Part shown: positions 33,650 through 42,623 of the stretch, in pieces | How positions within the stretch are numbered: position 1 is the first letter of the stretch | Layout: the number at the start of each line of letters is the position of its first letter | Origin: Alphaproteobacteria bacterium | GTDB lineage: Bacteria > Pseudomonadota > Alphaproteobacteria > UBA9219 | Assembly (NCBI GenBank): GCA_013286365.1 | Contig: JABDFY010000008.1 | Coordinates: forward strand, 199-64,198 | Reading direction: 5' to 3' | Length of the DNA stretch: 64,000 nt | Position numbers and translations under genes: made by a program | The notes under the pieces: model-generated | Database searches by the model: none | The model's input: only the letters and a program-made list of their open reading frames with translations | What the model was told of the DNA's origin: nothing

Positions 33650-34180
33650 TTAAACCTTCTCGACCTGGCTATATTCAAGCTCAACAGGTGTCGCACGACC
33701 AAAGATGGAAACCGCAACCTTCAAGCGCGCTTTATCCTCATCGACTTCCTCGACAACGCCGTTGAACGATGCAAACGGACCATCGGCCACGCGCACTTGT
33801 TCGCCCACTTCGAAGGTAACGGATGGTTTCGGATGCTCGACACCTTCCAGAACCTGGTTAAGGATGCGCTGAGCTTCAGCTTCAGAAATGGGTACCGGCT
33901 TAGCCCCACTACCTAAAAAGCCGGTAACTTTGGGAGTATTCTTAACAAGGTGCCAACTTTCGTCGATCAAATCCATCTTGATCAAAACATAGCCTGGGAA
34001 GAACTTACGTTCGGCATTGACTTTAGCGCCGCGACGCACTTCCACGACTTCTTCAGTAGGCACCAGAATTTCAGAAAAATATTCTTCAAGACCTTTTTTG
34101 ATCGCTGTTTCGCGAATGGACTGAGCCACCTTTTTCTCAAAGCCTGAATATACGTGAATAACGTACCAACGATGCGTCAT
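33650..34180 (-). CDS. nusG: transcription termination/antitermination factor NusG
   Basis: Contains [14 protein letters not shown] and the KOW segment [22 protein letters not shown]. Confidence 0.96.
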   Translation of the reverse strand: MTHRWYVIHVYSGFEKKVAQSIRETAIKKGLEEYFSEILVPTEEVVEVRRGAKVNAERKFFPGYVLIKMDLIDESWHLVKNTPKVTGFLGSGAKPVPISEAEAQRILNQVLEGVEHPKPSVTFEVGEQVRVADGPFASFNGVVEEVDEDKARLKVAVSIFGRATPVELEYSQVEKV

Positions 34181-34220
34181 AGATTTATTCTCCTAAGATT
34201 TTGTAATGCAAAAGTGCGGG

Positions 34221-34439
34221 TCATGAGCTCATTCCTAATATACGGCTGATAACGAACCCAAGCAGCGAGTCGACACCGAAGAAAAACACGCTCGCAATCA
34301 GCGCCATAAGTACGATGAGTGCCGTTGTTACAGCCGTTTCTTTGCGTGTCGGCCACGTAACTTTCGATATTTCGCGCCGCGTCTCGCGGGCAAATTCCAT
34401 AATACTCAATTTAGGCTTCTGACTTTCTTCAATACTCAT
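34221..34439 (-). CDS. secE: preprotein translocase subunit SecE
   Basis: 72 aa; contains EISKVTWPTRKET followed by a single TM helix. Lies between tRNA-Trp and nusG. Confidence 0.9.
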   Translation of the reverse strand: MSIEESQKPKLSIMEFARETRREISKVTWPTRKETAVTTALIVLMALIASVFFFGVDSLLGFVISRILGMSS

Positions 34440-34461
34440 ACCTTCATTCCTTTTATAAACC

Positions 34462-34537
34462 TGGCAGGAGTGGAGGGGCTCGAACCCGCAGCCTTCGGTT
34501 TTGGAGACCGACGCTCTACCAATTGAGCTACACTCCT
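34462..34537 (-). tRNA. tRNA-Trp (anticodon CCA)
   Basis: The reverse complement folds as a cloverleaf. Acceptor AGGAGTG pairs with CACTCCT. The anticodon loop is CTCCAAA, the T-loop is TTCGAGC and the 3' CCA is encoded. There is one mismatch in the T-stem. Confidence 0.9.
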
Positions 34538-34613
34538 ATTGTTTGTCCGCTTCTAAGCGACCTTGCATAATCCTCTGCTTCAAAACCTCGCCGCCCTAAA
34601 CCCACAATATGCC

Positions 34614-34634
34614 GTCCGGCGGTTCGCGCCGGAC
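34614..34634 (-). terminator. GC-rich hairpin downstream of the TPR/GT gene
   Basis: GTCCGGCG (34614-34621) pairs with CGCCGGAC (34627-34634) around a 5-nt loop. The following U-tract is weak. Confidence 0.35.
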
Positions 34635-34757
34635 TAAGCTTATCAACTTTTATGGGATAGTGGTTTCTACCGAAGTTAAAAGCTTTTGCCAATAAAAAAC
34701 ATGGTACAGGCGATTAGTGGAAGGAAATCGGCCAATTTCAGAGGCATAGCTGCTTAT

Positions 34758-36425
34758 CTATTTGACCCCCTTCAAGGCAACGGCTTGCGGATGACGTTGC
34801 AGTATTTTCCCCTGCCAAGACGTTGGCTTTAAGACGCTCACATCATTATCAAAGAACCGCTCTACGTCGTTGCAGATTGATTGAACAACATTCGTCCAAT
34901 CGTGAGGTTTCAATTGGCGGTAAAGTTTCACTGTTTTGTACCAAATCGTATCTTCGCGCCCGAGGAGCCACCGCCAATCAGGATTAAAAGGTATCATTAT
35001 CCAAACCGGCAAGCCCATGGCACCTGCAAGATGTGCGGGTGCCGAATCTGCTGTGATCAAAAGATCAAGTTCCGCCAATAAGGCAGCGCTATCCGCAAAA
35101 TCGCTTAAATACGGTGTCGCATCATAAAGACCGGCGGCGAGACCAATTTTGCGCTCGAAACCAAATTGCAGTGATACGAGATGTGGCTTAGCCAAGGCAA
35201 TGAGGGGTGCGAGTGTTATGAGAGGTATCGAGCGGTTACTATCATTGAGATGCCGGGGACTGCCTGCCCATGCAAAGCCAATTTTTGGAGCCGGAATTTT
35301 GGCGAGCCGCTCACGCCAAGCTTTTCTTAATTCGCTATCAGCGTGCAAATAGGGAATATCCGCTACACGTGGATCAAAAGGAGCTCCCATACAATGCGGT
35401 AGCGCCGTATAAGATGAGCGCCTATTTATGCCTTGCGGTAAGTCTTCGGTAATACCAGCAGGTATCGTTACATTTCGGACATCGGTGGCAGGGTCTTTAT
35501 ATGCCATCAAAGGCATATCTGGCATACTTTGCCGTATCAGCCGCAGCAGATGATAAGGAAGGCGCATGGTAACCGAGCCAACGCGGTCACGCAAAATTTT
35601 TGCGTAACGCATAAAGTGCAACATGTCGCCATAACCCTGCTCACCATAAAGAATAAGATGCAATTTTTCGTCACGTTGCCCCTGCCAATCCGGCAACGGC
35701 AAACCTACTTCATGATAGGCGCTCGTGCTGGCTAGCAATTCAAGGCCGCGCTCAAAGGCGCCAGTGATGAAGGATGTATAGGCCTCACCAAATAAAGCCG
35801 TTTGACGAACCGATGGGTATTGTTGTGCTTCGCGGTAACATGGCACGGCTAAATCATAATATCCGGCATGGCATAAAATCTCTGCCCTAGTGATCATTGC
35901 CATTGGAGATTTTGGATCCAGCTGTAAAGCCTCGACAGTCTGCTCATAAGCTTCGCTAAGACAGTTAGATTGGCTAAGGCTTAAAGCGTAATAACTGCGT
36001 AGGGTAGGATTATTCGGGGCCAAAACGACTGCACGTTCAAAATGGCGGCAGGCATTCTGCCACTGATTAAGATCCATATAGAGATATCCGGCACAGTCCC
36101 AAGCTTCAGGCAAAGTAGGGTCAAGTTCGATGGCGCGGAGCGCTTCCGGTAACGCCTCTTCCGTTCGTTTGAGAGATTTTAATATGATGCCTTTGAGCGC
36201 ATAAATACGTGCTGCCTTCGGCGTTTCTTTCTCAGCGGCCTCGAGCCACGCGATCGCTTGTACCGATTGACCAAGCTTATGCGAGATTAGTCCCAACATG
36301 TACAAAGCATCTGGTTGGCGCGGTACAACAGATAGAATCTTCAAATACGCCTGAACAGATTCAGTTATGCGGTTGGCCTGCAAAAGAGCCAGTGCCGCAT
36401 CAAGCTGAAGTTGTATAGAATCCAT
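34758..36425 (-). CDS. TPR-repeat protein with C-terminal GT9 (heptosyltransferase)-like glycosyltransferase domain
   Basis: The N-terminal roughly 220 aa carry TPR-like repeats (AL..A.......P....A....G). The C-terminus reads IGFAWAGSPRH...ITADSAPAHLAGAMGLPVWIMIP, which matches the GT9-type nucleotide-sugar binding motif. Confidence 0.75.
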   Translation of the reverse strand: MDSIQLQLDAALALLQANRITESVQAYLKILSVVPRQPDALYMLGLISHKLGQSVQAIAWLEAAEKETPKAARIYALKGIILKSLKRTEEALPEALRAIELDPTLPEAWDCAGYLYMDLNQWQNACRHFERAVVLAPNNPTLRSYYALSLSQSNCLSEAYEQTVEALQLDPKSPMAMITRAEILCHAGYYDLAVPCYREAQQYPSVRQTALFGEAYTSFITGAFERGLELLASTSAYHEVGLPLPDWQGQRDEKLHLILYGEQGYGDMLHFMRYAKILRDRVGSVTMRLPYHLLRLIRQSMPDMPLMAYKDPATDVRNVTIPAGITEDLPQGINRRSSYTALPHCMGAPFDPRVADIPYLHADSELRKAWRERLAKIPAPKIGFAWAGSPRHLNDSNRSIPLITLAPLIALAKPHLVSLQFGFERKIGLAAGLYDATPYLSDFADSAALLAELDLLITADSAPAHLAGAMGLPVWIMIPFNPDWRWLLGREDTIWYKTVKLYRQLKPHDWTNVVQSICNDVERFFDNDVSVLKPTSWQGKILQRHPQAVALKGVK

Positions 36426-36803
36426 GTTGCCTAGGTAAGAGATAGATTGTCGAGACGCACGACATCATAAAAGAAGATCACACAAAACCAGAAGTATAAA
36501 AAAATTAACCTGGATCCGTCGCTAACTCTCGATTTAGTACCGTTTTTGAAAATCCAGCATGCACATATTTGGGTGCAGTCGTTGTGAAACCTGCAATTAT
36601 CACAGCCAGCACGCATGACCTGAGCTCGAAATCCATCCCTAAGGGAAGAATTCTGGTTTCAATTGGGTTTGCGGCAGCTTTAATCCAGGTCATGAGTAAT
36701 TATTGACCTTTATATATTACGGTTTAGTTTGCGAGGAGATACCTTTGTTTTTATCCAAAAACCATTGGATATGTTCAATGGCCTCATAACTTACCAGGTA
36801 ACT

Positions 36804-37772
36804 ATGTCGTCGATATCACGTTTAACTGAACTTGCATGCCTCGCCGCCTTTTTAATATTGGCGCCATACTCCTATTCTATGGCCGAGGATAGTGAACAAC
36901 TTAAAACCAAAACAGTTGCCGTAGGCGAGTTTTTTATTGATCGCCCCTATGCCTCAATGAAGGGGCCTACTAAAACAGAAAGTATCCTTTTAGATCCTTC
37001 ATCTAAAACCCCCTATTTATGGATTAAAAGTTTTTCTGTAGAAATTTTTGATGCTGATGGTAACCGTCAATCTTCTGAATATCTTTGCCATGCCTGGGCC
37101 CACTTGCCCACCAAAGGAAATCCTGAAAGCGCGCTTTTGACGATTTCAGAAGGGCTTCCGGAGATGCGATTTCCGGATGGCTATGCCATGAAAATACCTA
37201 ACACATCTGACGCAAAAATTATGTTATTGGGACAGGTGCGCAACGATAATCCTCATATCAGCAAGCACTTATCGATGAAGTTTACTCTCACTTATTTTGA
37301 CGATACGGAAGCCCAAAAGCTCGGTTTAGTTCCTTTAGTGAGTACGACCGTCAATACGGCCCCAACAGATGTCCTGCCAGGTAAGCACATCTATACTGCG
37401 CAAGTTCCTCAACATTCATTATTTATGCGTAATGGAAATATTTATTTCATCAAAATGCATTTACACCCCTACGGGCAATCGGTTGAACTTTTTGATGACA
37501 CGGCTCAAGCAACTGTATGGAAAGGAACGGCCGAAAATATTCCTGGTCGTGATGCTCTTGCAAGAACGGATGCCTATTCGGATAGCCAAGGCCTCAAGAT
37601 TCACAAGGACCATAAATACAAAGTTATAACGACTTACAATAACACATCGGGACATGTCATTGACGCCATGGGCGTTTTACGGGTTTATTTTGCCGCCTCC
37701 GCTGCCGATGAAGCCACGACTTCTCCCCGCTCTATGGATAAAACAGAAACCTCACTAGAATGTATGCCTTAA
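36804..37772 (+). CDS. secreted protein with HxH...M signature; possible distant Cu type-II monooxygenase-like fold
   Basis: Has a signal peptide (LACLAAFLILAPYSYS). Contains the motifs CHAWAHL, MHLHPYG and YNNTSGHVIDAMGVLRVYF. The functional call is tentative. The ORF track starts at 36729. Confidence 0.55.
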   Translation: MSSISRLTELACLAAFLILAPYSYSMAEDSEQLKTKTVAVGEFFIDRPYASMKGPTKTESILLDPSSKTPYLWIKSFSVEIFDADGNRQSSEYLCHAWAHLPTKGNPESALLTISEGLPEMRFPDGYAMKIPNTSDAKIMLLGQVRNDNPHISKHLSMKFTLTYFDDTEAQKLGLVPLVSTTVNTAPTDVLPGKHIYTAQVPQHSLFMRNGNIYFIKMHLHPYGQSVELFDDTAQATVWKGTAENIPGRDALARTDAYSDSQGLKIHKDHKYKVITTYNNTSGHVIDAMGVLRVYFAASAADEATTSPRSMDKTETSLECMP

Positions 37773-37791
37773 GGAAATTTATACAATTTTT

Positions 37792-38829
37792 TTACCACTC
37801 CGTTACGACACAAGCGCCACCCCCACCAGACCCGCCAGCGCCGGGTGGATTTGAAGTATTATTAGAGTTGGCACCACCACCACCGCCAGAGCCATAACCC
37901 CCTACACCCCCATTGCCGGGAACCCCACTATTATAATTAGCACCCCCAGGCCCTCCGCCTCCACCAGCATAATAAAGTCCGTTCCCCGTAGAATTCCCAT
38001 TAGGTCCATTGCCAGTGCCAGTGCTGTTCTTAGCGCCCAGTGCAAAAAAAGAATTACCCCCAAGGCTTGCATAACCATATACAGGAGAGCTATCAGCGCC
38101 TTTCCCCGAATATAAGGTGCCTGCAGGGGCTGCCCCGGCATAAACTAACGTCGTTTCTTGACCACCCGCACCACCCGTCGCAGATAAATATGAACCAAAA
38201 GTTGTCGTACCACCTGCACTGCCATTCGCATTTGCGGCACCTCCTGCACCACCGGCACCAATTGTAATCGTCACGGGGGTCGTAAGGGCACTAATTGAAA
38301 AGATTCCAATCGCATAATAGGCTGCGCCACCACCGTAATTATAGGTTTGGCTGTAGGACCCAGCAGTCCCAGCACCACCAGCCCCACCACCACCGCCACC
38401 CATACAAAAAACGCGCGCAACGTTATTGCCTGCGGCCGGGGTCCAACTATAGCTCCCGGGTGATGTATAAGAAGTTGTCGTGGCAGATGTGGATCCTGCA
38501 CCGCCAGTGGCCCCTGTAATCGTTGTCCAGCTGGAGCTATTACAGCCTTGGAAAATACTCCCATTCCATTGCAGCATGCCGGCATGCGTACTATTGCAAC
38601 TATCGGATGTGGCACCTAAAAAAAGCGCCGAACGTTGCCAAGTTGAACCATTGCATTGAAAAATCGTATCCCAATCAATGCCATTATTGGTGCCCGAGCA
38701 AGCCGAGCCAAAATTGGTCTGTTCATTATCAATCGATCCAGCCGACGAAGTAGCTATAGCGCTAGCGAAGAGAACGATTATCGATAAAAGAATTGGAAGA
38801 TTTTTTTTTAGCGAACGAAAAGTATGCAT
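37792..38829 (-). CDS. secreted Gly-rich protein, paralog 1
   Basis: Has a signal peptide and the Cys-loop N-domain (DNEQTNFGSACSGTNNGIDWDTIFQC...CNSTHAGMLQWNG). Core motifs are VFCMGGGGGGAGG and TPVTITIGAGGAGG. Ends in GACVVTEW. The ORF extends to 38859. Confidence 0.8.
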   Translation of the reverse strand: MHTFRSLKKNLPILLSIIVLFASAIATSSAGSIDNEQTNFGSACSGTNNGIDWDTIFQCNGSTWQRSALFLGATSDSCNSTHAGMLQWNGSIFQGCNSSSWTTITGATGGAGSTSATTTSYTSPGSYSWTPAAGNNVARVFCMGGGGGGAGGAGTAGSYSQTYNYGGGAAYYAIGIFSISALTTPVTITIGAGGAGGAANANGSAGGTTTFGSYLSATGGAGGQETTLVYAGAAPAGTLYSGKGADSSPVYGYASLGGNSFFALGAKNSTGTGNGPNGNSTGNGLYYAGGGGGPGGANYNSGVPGNGGVGGYGSGGGGGANSNNTSNPPGAGGSGGGGACVVTEW

Positions 38830-38837
38830 GCGGTTTT

Positions 38838-40103
38838 TCACCATTCTTTTATAACGCAAAAACCACTGCCACCACTGCCGCCATTGCCGCCTTTGCCGCT
38901 ACTTGCCGTACAAGACGAGCAATTGCCGCCTGCACCACCACCAGAGCCATAGCCACCATTGCCACCATTGCCGCCATTGTTGCAACTAGCGCCTCCACCA
39001 CCGCCACCTGTACCGGCATAAGGATTTGTCGAATTATTCCCATTGCCACCATTTGTAGCTGCACCTGTACATAACGATAGAACCGATGCTGTCGTTGTAC
39101 CTGCAGCTCCCCCGCTACCCCCAAAGAGAGAACCAGCAGCGACACCACCACCCGAAAAGCAGGCAGTACTAGCCGTAGCGTAATTAGACAAAGTGCCTCC
39201 AGCGCCCCCAGTTCCTGTATAATAACTCGATACATATGGCGCATTACCGGATGTTAAAGGTGCATCGCTGCAAGGAGGTCCTGAGTCGACATAAGCATTT
39301 ACATAGTAGTAGTACGTGTAATTTGGATATATGGCATTATCTGCACCACTCGGAACAGGTGCGGTATACCCTGCTCCCAATGGGGATGTACTCGTATTAT
39401 TTGCAGCTCCGCCATAGGCCTCTAAGTAAGTACCGAAAGTTGTGTTGCCACCAGGACTACCAAATTGACTGGCTCCGACGCCCCCCCCCGCACCAACCGC
39501 ACCAGCACCACCAGCCCCGATTGTTATCGTAACTGGCGTGGTCAGACTACTGATTACAAAAATACTCTCTGCGGAACTCCCACTTTCACCGCCGAATGCA
39601 GAATTATCTGTGTATTGACCGCCGGAATTAAAGGCCTGAGAGCCGCCACCACCACCGCTCCCCCCTCCTACACATAAGACATCAACGAGCGTACTATTCG
39701 TCTGTGGTGTCCATGTACCAGAAGCGGTATAATTCGTCACTGTCACGCCACCACTATAGCCGTTGGTAAAAAAAAGCCAATTAGACCCATTGCAACCTCG
39801 AACAGCCGCACCATCCCATCGGATCATGCCTGCATGGTTAGAATCGCAACTATCGGGACTAGACCCCAAAAAATAGGCCGATCTGTTCCATGTTGAGCTG
39901 CTGCACTGGAAAATTGTATCCCAATCGGCGCCGTTCTTTGTGCCGGAGCAAGCAGAGCCAAAATTAGTTTTTTCATTATCGATTGAGCCAGCCCATACGG
40001 CTTCTGATGCCGCAAAGTTGATAATGAGTGCGAACAAAACGATAAGAGGCGTACTGAAATGACGATAGAGACGATAGGTAAGAATATTTTTATTAAAGTT
40101 CAT
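38838..40103 (-). CDS. secreted Gly-rich protein, paralog 2
   Basis: Same architecture as paralog 1. Motifs are VLCVGGGSGGGGG and TPVTITIGAGGAG. Ends in GFCVIKEW. The ORF extends to 40148; the Met at 40103 gives a normal signal peptide. Confidence 0.8.
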   Translation of the reverse strand: MNFNKNILTYRLYRHFSTPLIVLFALIINFAASEAVWAGSIDNEKTNFGSACSGTKNGADWDTIFQCSSSTWNRSAYFLGSSPDSCDSNHAGMIRWDGAAVRGCNGSNWLFFTNGYSGGVTVTNYTASGTWTPQTNSTLVDVLCVGGGSGGGGGSQAFNSGGQYTDNSAFGGESGSSAESIFVISSLTTPVTITIGAGGAGAVGAGGGVGASQFGSPGGNTTFGTYLEAYGGAANNTSTSPLGAGYTAPVPSGADNAIYPNYTYYYYVNAYVDSGPPCSDAPLTSGNAPYVSSYYTGTGGAGGTLSNYATASTACFSGGGVAAGSLFGGSGGAAGTTTASVLSLCTGAATNGGNGNNSTNPYAGTGGGGGGASCNNGGNGGNGGYGSGGGAGGNCSSCTASSGKGGNGGSGGSGFCVIKEW

Positions 40104-40141
40104 ATTTTGATTATGAAAAAGTGGTGGCCTAAACATATTGA

Positions 40142-41464
40142 TTACCACTCAACAACTATACAGTAGCCGTTACCGCCATTGCCGCCAGCGCCACCCGTTG
40201 CGTTGGAGGCACCGCCGCCGCCGCCACCTGAACCATATTTTCCATTGCCACCTTTGCCGCCAGTACCCGAGCTGGCGCCGCCACCGCCACCGCCACCACT
40301 CCCTGAGTAAGGCGTTGATGTCACGTTTCCGTCGCTACCCGCACCGCCACCTGAGCTACCGCCATTACCTCCTGAAACTGCTGGTGTCGAACCACCATTG
40401 CTACCCGTGCTCCAGGAACTGCAACCGCTGGGATCTGGACATGTACAAGTTGGACAACCAGTACCATAAGGGGTACAAAAATTTCCCGTATTAAAGCAAG
40501 CGGCTTGGCCGGATTCGCATGTTTGGGTGTAGTAATCAAAAAATCCAGAACAGCAAATATCCATGACGGTACAAGTTTGGCTGCCCGCACCCGCACCACC
40601 GCCCGCCGTATAGTTTGTCGCATTACCTGACACATACTGCACGCCGTAATACATGCCACCCCCGCTAGCCCCAACCTGTGGACTAGATAAGTCTTCTGTA
40701 CCCGGCGTGTTGGCGGCTGCGGATATGCCTCCTCCTGATCCTCCCTGTGAAGTCGTTGCAGCGCCAAGAACTCCAGCTGACCCACCTCCTAGCGTCCCAG
40801 AGCTGCTACCGACAGTGCCAGCGCCACCCCCACCTCCACCATAAGTTGTCAAATAGGAGCCAAACGTTGTGCTGCCGCCATTACCGCCATTGTTTCCTGC
40901 ACTACCCCCTGTACCGCCGGTACCAATCGTTATTGTTACAGGTGTGCTGAGCGTTGCGATCACAAAAGTTTGTTCGAGAGCACTGGCACCACCACCTCCG
41001 CCGCCGCCGGTTGCTGTTGGATCACTGCCAGCACTACTGACACCACCACCGCCGCCACCGCCACCACCAACACAAAGAACATCCGCAAGCGTGCTGCCTC
41101 CCTGAGGTGTCCAGCTAGAAGTACTGGTAAAGGCTGTCAATTTGGAAGGCTGGGGGGAAGCCGTTCCTCCGCCTAGCGTTGTCCAACTTGTCGTACAGGC
41201 CTGAAAGGCAGAACCCGTCCATTGGATCATGCCTGCATGATTAGAATCGCAACTATCAGGCGTCGATCCTAAAAAGTAAGCCGTCCTTTGCCATGTCGAG
41301 CTGTTGCACTGAAAAATTGTATCCCAGTCGGCGCCATTATTTGTGCCGGAACAGGCGCCGCCGAAATTGGTTTGTTCATTATCAATCGGACCACTAGCCA
41401 AAGCCCCAACGCCCCAAGTGCATAGGAGCAGTATCAGAGTGCCAACAAAGACGCGGAATAACAT
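40142..41464 (-). CDS. secreted Gly-rich protein, paralog 3 (with Cys-rich insert)
   Basis: Same architecture as paralogs 1 and 2. Motifs are VLCVGGGGGGGGG and TPVTITIGTGGTGG. The insert reads CTVMDICCSGFFDYYTQTCESGQAACFNTGNFCTPYGTGCPTCTCPDPSGCSSW. Ends in GYCIVVEW. Confidence 0.8.
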   Translation of the reverse strand: MLFRVFVGTLILLLCTWGVGALASGPIDNEQTNFGGACSGTNNGADWDTIFQCNSSTWQRTAYFLGSTPDSCDSNHAGMIQWTGSAFQACTTSWTTLGGGTASPQPSKLTAFTSTSSWTPQGGSTLADVLCVGGGGGGGGGVSSAGSDPTATGGGGGGGASALEQTFVIATLSTPVTITIGTGGTGGSAGNNGGNGGSTTFGSYLTTYGGGGGGAGTVGSSSGTLGGGSAGVLGAATTSQGGSGGGISAAANTPGTEDLSSPQVGASGGGMYYGVQYVSGNATNYTAGGGAGAGSQTCTVMDICCSGFFDYYTQTCESGQAACFNTGNFCTPYGTGCPTCTCPDPSGCSSWSTGSNGGSTPAVSGGNGGSSGGGAGSDGNVTSTPYSGSGGGGGGGASSGTGGKGGNGKYGSGGGGGGASNATGGAGGNGGNGYCIVVEW

Positions 41465-41540
41465 TGAAAGACTGCCCTAATTAAGGTGGTTGGGCGTTCG
41501 CAGGGTCGCACGGTAGTTTGTCATTTTTTATCGACACCTT

Positions 41541-42614
41541 TCAAGGACGTTGCTGATTATTCGACGTTGGTTCAAGACATGATTGCAGAAAACGTGGTTT
41601 CTTGTCGTTCTCGCTCTGAATGATCAACGCCGCACATCGATCACCAGGGGCGGCAATAAGAATATCTTTTTCATCTGCTGAGGCCAAGGCGTAAACGAAA
41701 TGACTGGTTCGGGCAAATCCTGCCAAGACCTCACGCGATTCGTCGAGCGTACCAATAAAAGCCGGCATATTACGCCACATCACCGTTTGAGTATTGGGAG
41801 ATAACTGTCTTACCAATTCACGCAGCTTCGCAGAAAGTTTATTAGTTGCGGTTTTTTTAAAGCTTTGCTGAAAATTTGAGCTTACATCTTCACGCGCAGG
41901 CGCAGCTCCGAAAGGGCTTGGAAAGGGCTGAGAAAAAACCATATCTCGGGATTTAGCAACGACGTGACAAGCTTGGCAAGCGTCGATTTCATCCGTAGTA
42001 AGCTGCCCAGGTGCATGGTTTAGCATATAAAGACTATAAACCCAGCCATCGCGAGCTTTAGGATCGCCAGTTTTTTTCAGCATCACTTGAACACGCACGA
42101 TACGTCCGGGAATTAGACTGGAATCAAAAATAGGGTCGTGCGCCGCATGAGAACCGATTTTGGCGAAAACAGTTCCTTCAGGAAACGGATAAATACCTTT
42201 TGCTAGGGCGTCAGCCCCTATTTTATTAACATAGATAAATCGCAGTTCTTCGTTATCTGTTTTATAGCGCGTTGTGACTAATTCCCATTTGAGCCAAAAG
42301 TCTTTGAACAGTTTTGGATCAATATCTTGCGTCGAAGGTGAACTATCCATCCAAGATTGCAAGCGATCCAAAAAGGCCACGCCTGGCTGAGATATCGCAT
42401 GAGATTTTTCTGTCTGTGACGGTGTTTTGTTTATATTGGTATCGGATGAACTTTTTTCCTTGCTGACCTCCGGCCCCAGCGCATCATCACCATAGGCTGT
42501 TGTCTGCGCCCAAACATCTGCAGCTTGGGCGAGGCATACAACAATAATGAGACTTAGGATAATTGACCCTAATGCCCCTACACGCATTTTCACTGTCAAA
42601 TTTTTTATACACAT
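41541..42614 (-). CDS. secreted mono-haem c protein, cytochrome P460-like domain plus about 130-aa C-terminal extension (paralog 1)
   Basis: Has a signal peptide and a single CXXCH (DACQACHVV) following the beta-rich segment WELVTTRY...PFPEGTVFAKI...DGWVYS. It is about 70% identical to the 45733-46773 product over about 250 aa, by eye. Confidence 0.6.
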   Translation of the reverse strand: MCIKNLTVKMRVGALGSIILSLIIVVCLAQAADVWAQTTAYGDDALGPEVSKEKSSSDTNINKTPSQTEKSHAISQPGVAFLDRLQSWMDSSPSTQDIDPKLFKDFWLKWELVTTRYKTDNEELRFIYVNKIGADALAKGIYPFPEGTVFAKIGSHAAHDPIFDSSLIPGRIVRVQVMLKKTGDPKARDGWVYSLYMLNHAPGQLTTDEIDACQACHVVAKSRDMVFSQPFPSPFGAAPAREDVSSNFQQSFKKTATNKLSAKLRELVRQLSPNTQTVMWRNMPAFIGTLDESREVLAGFARTSHFVYALASADEKDILIAAPGDRCAALIIQSENDKKPRFLQSCLEPTSNNQQRP

Positions 42615-42623
42615 ACCGAGCCT

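Larger units (their letters stand above)
37792..41464 (-). repeat. tandem triplication of a 1.0-1.3 kb gene unit (three paralogous Gly-rich genes)
   Basis: The three products share a conserved N-terminal domain, core motifs and C-terminus. The 5' gene parts are similar at the DNA level, for example gcatgattagaatcgcaactatcagg against gcatggttagaatcgcaactatcggg. Confidence 0.85.

Noticed and set aside
36431-36693. Two small minus-strand ORFs (61-62 aa) in the divergent intergenic region between the TPR/GT gene and the secreted HxH protein gene.
   Set aside because: They are short and mutually overlapping, have Cys/Phe-rich odd composition, and lie in a likely promoter region. Nothing supports them.
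38040-41176. Plus-strand and alternative-frame ORFs inside the Gly-rich genes, with His/Arg/Pro/Thr-rich low-complexity translations. Examples are 38793-39074, 40138-40494, 40869-41105 and 38849-39244.
   Set aside because: They are artefacts of GGN/GCN repeat DNA read in other frames. Only the minus-strand frames give signal peptides and the conserved head and C-terminal motifs shared by all three paralogs.
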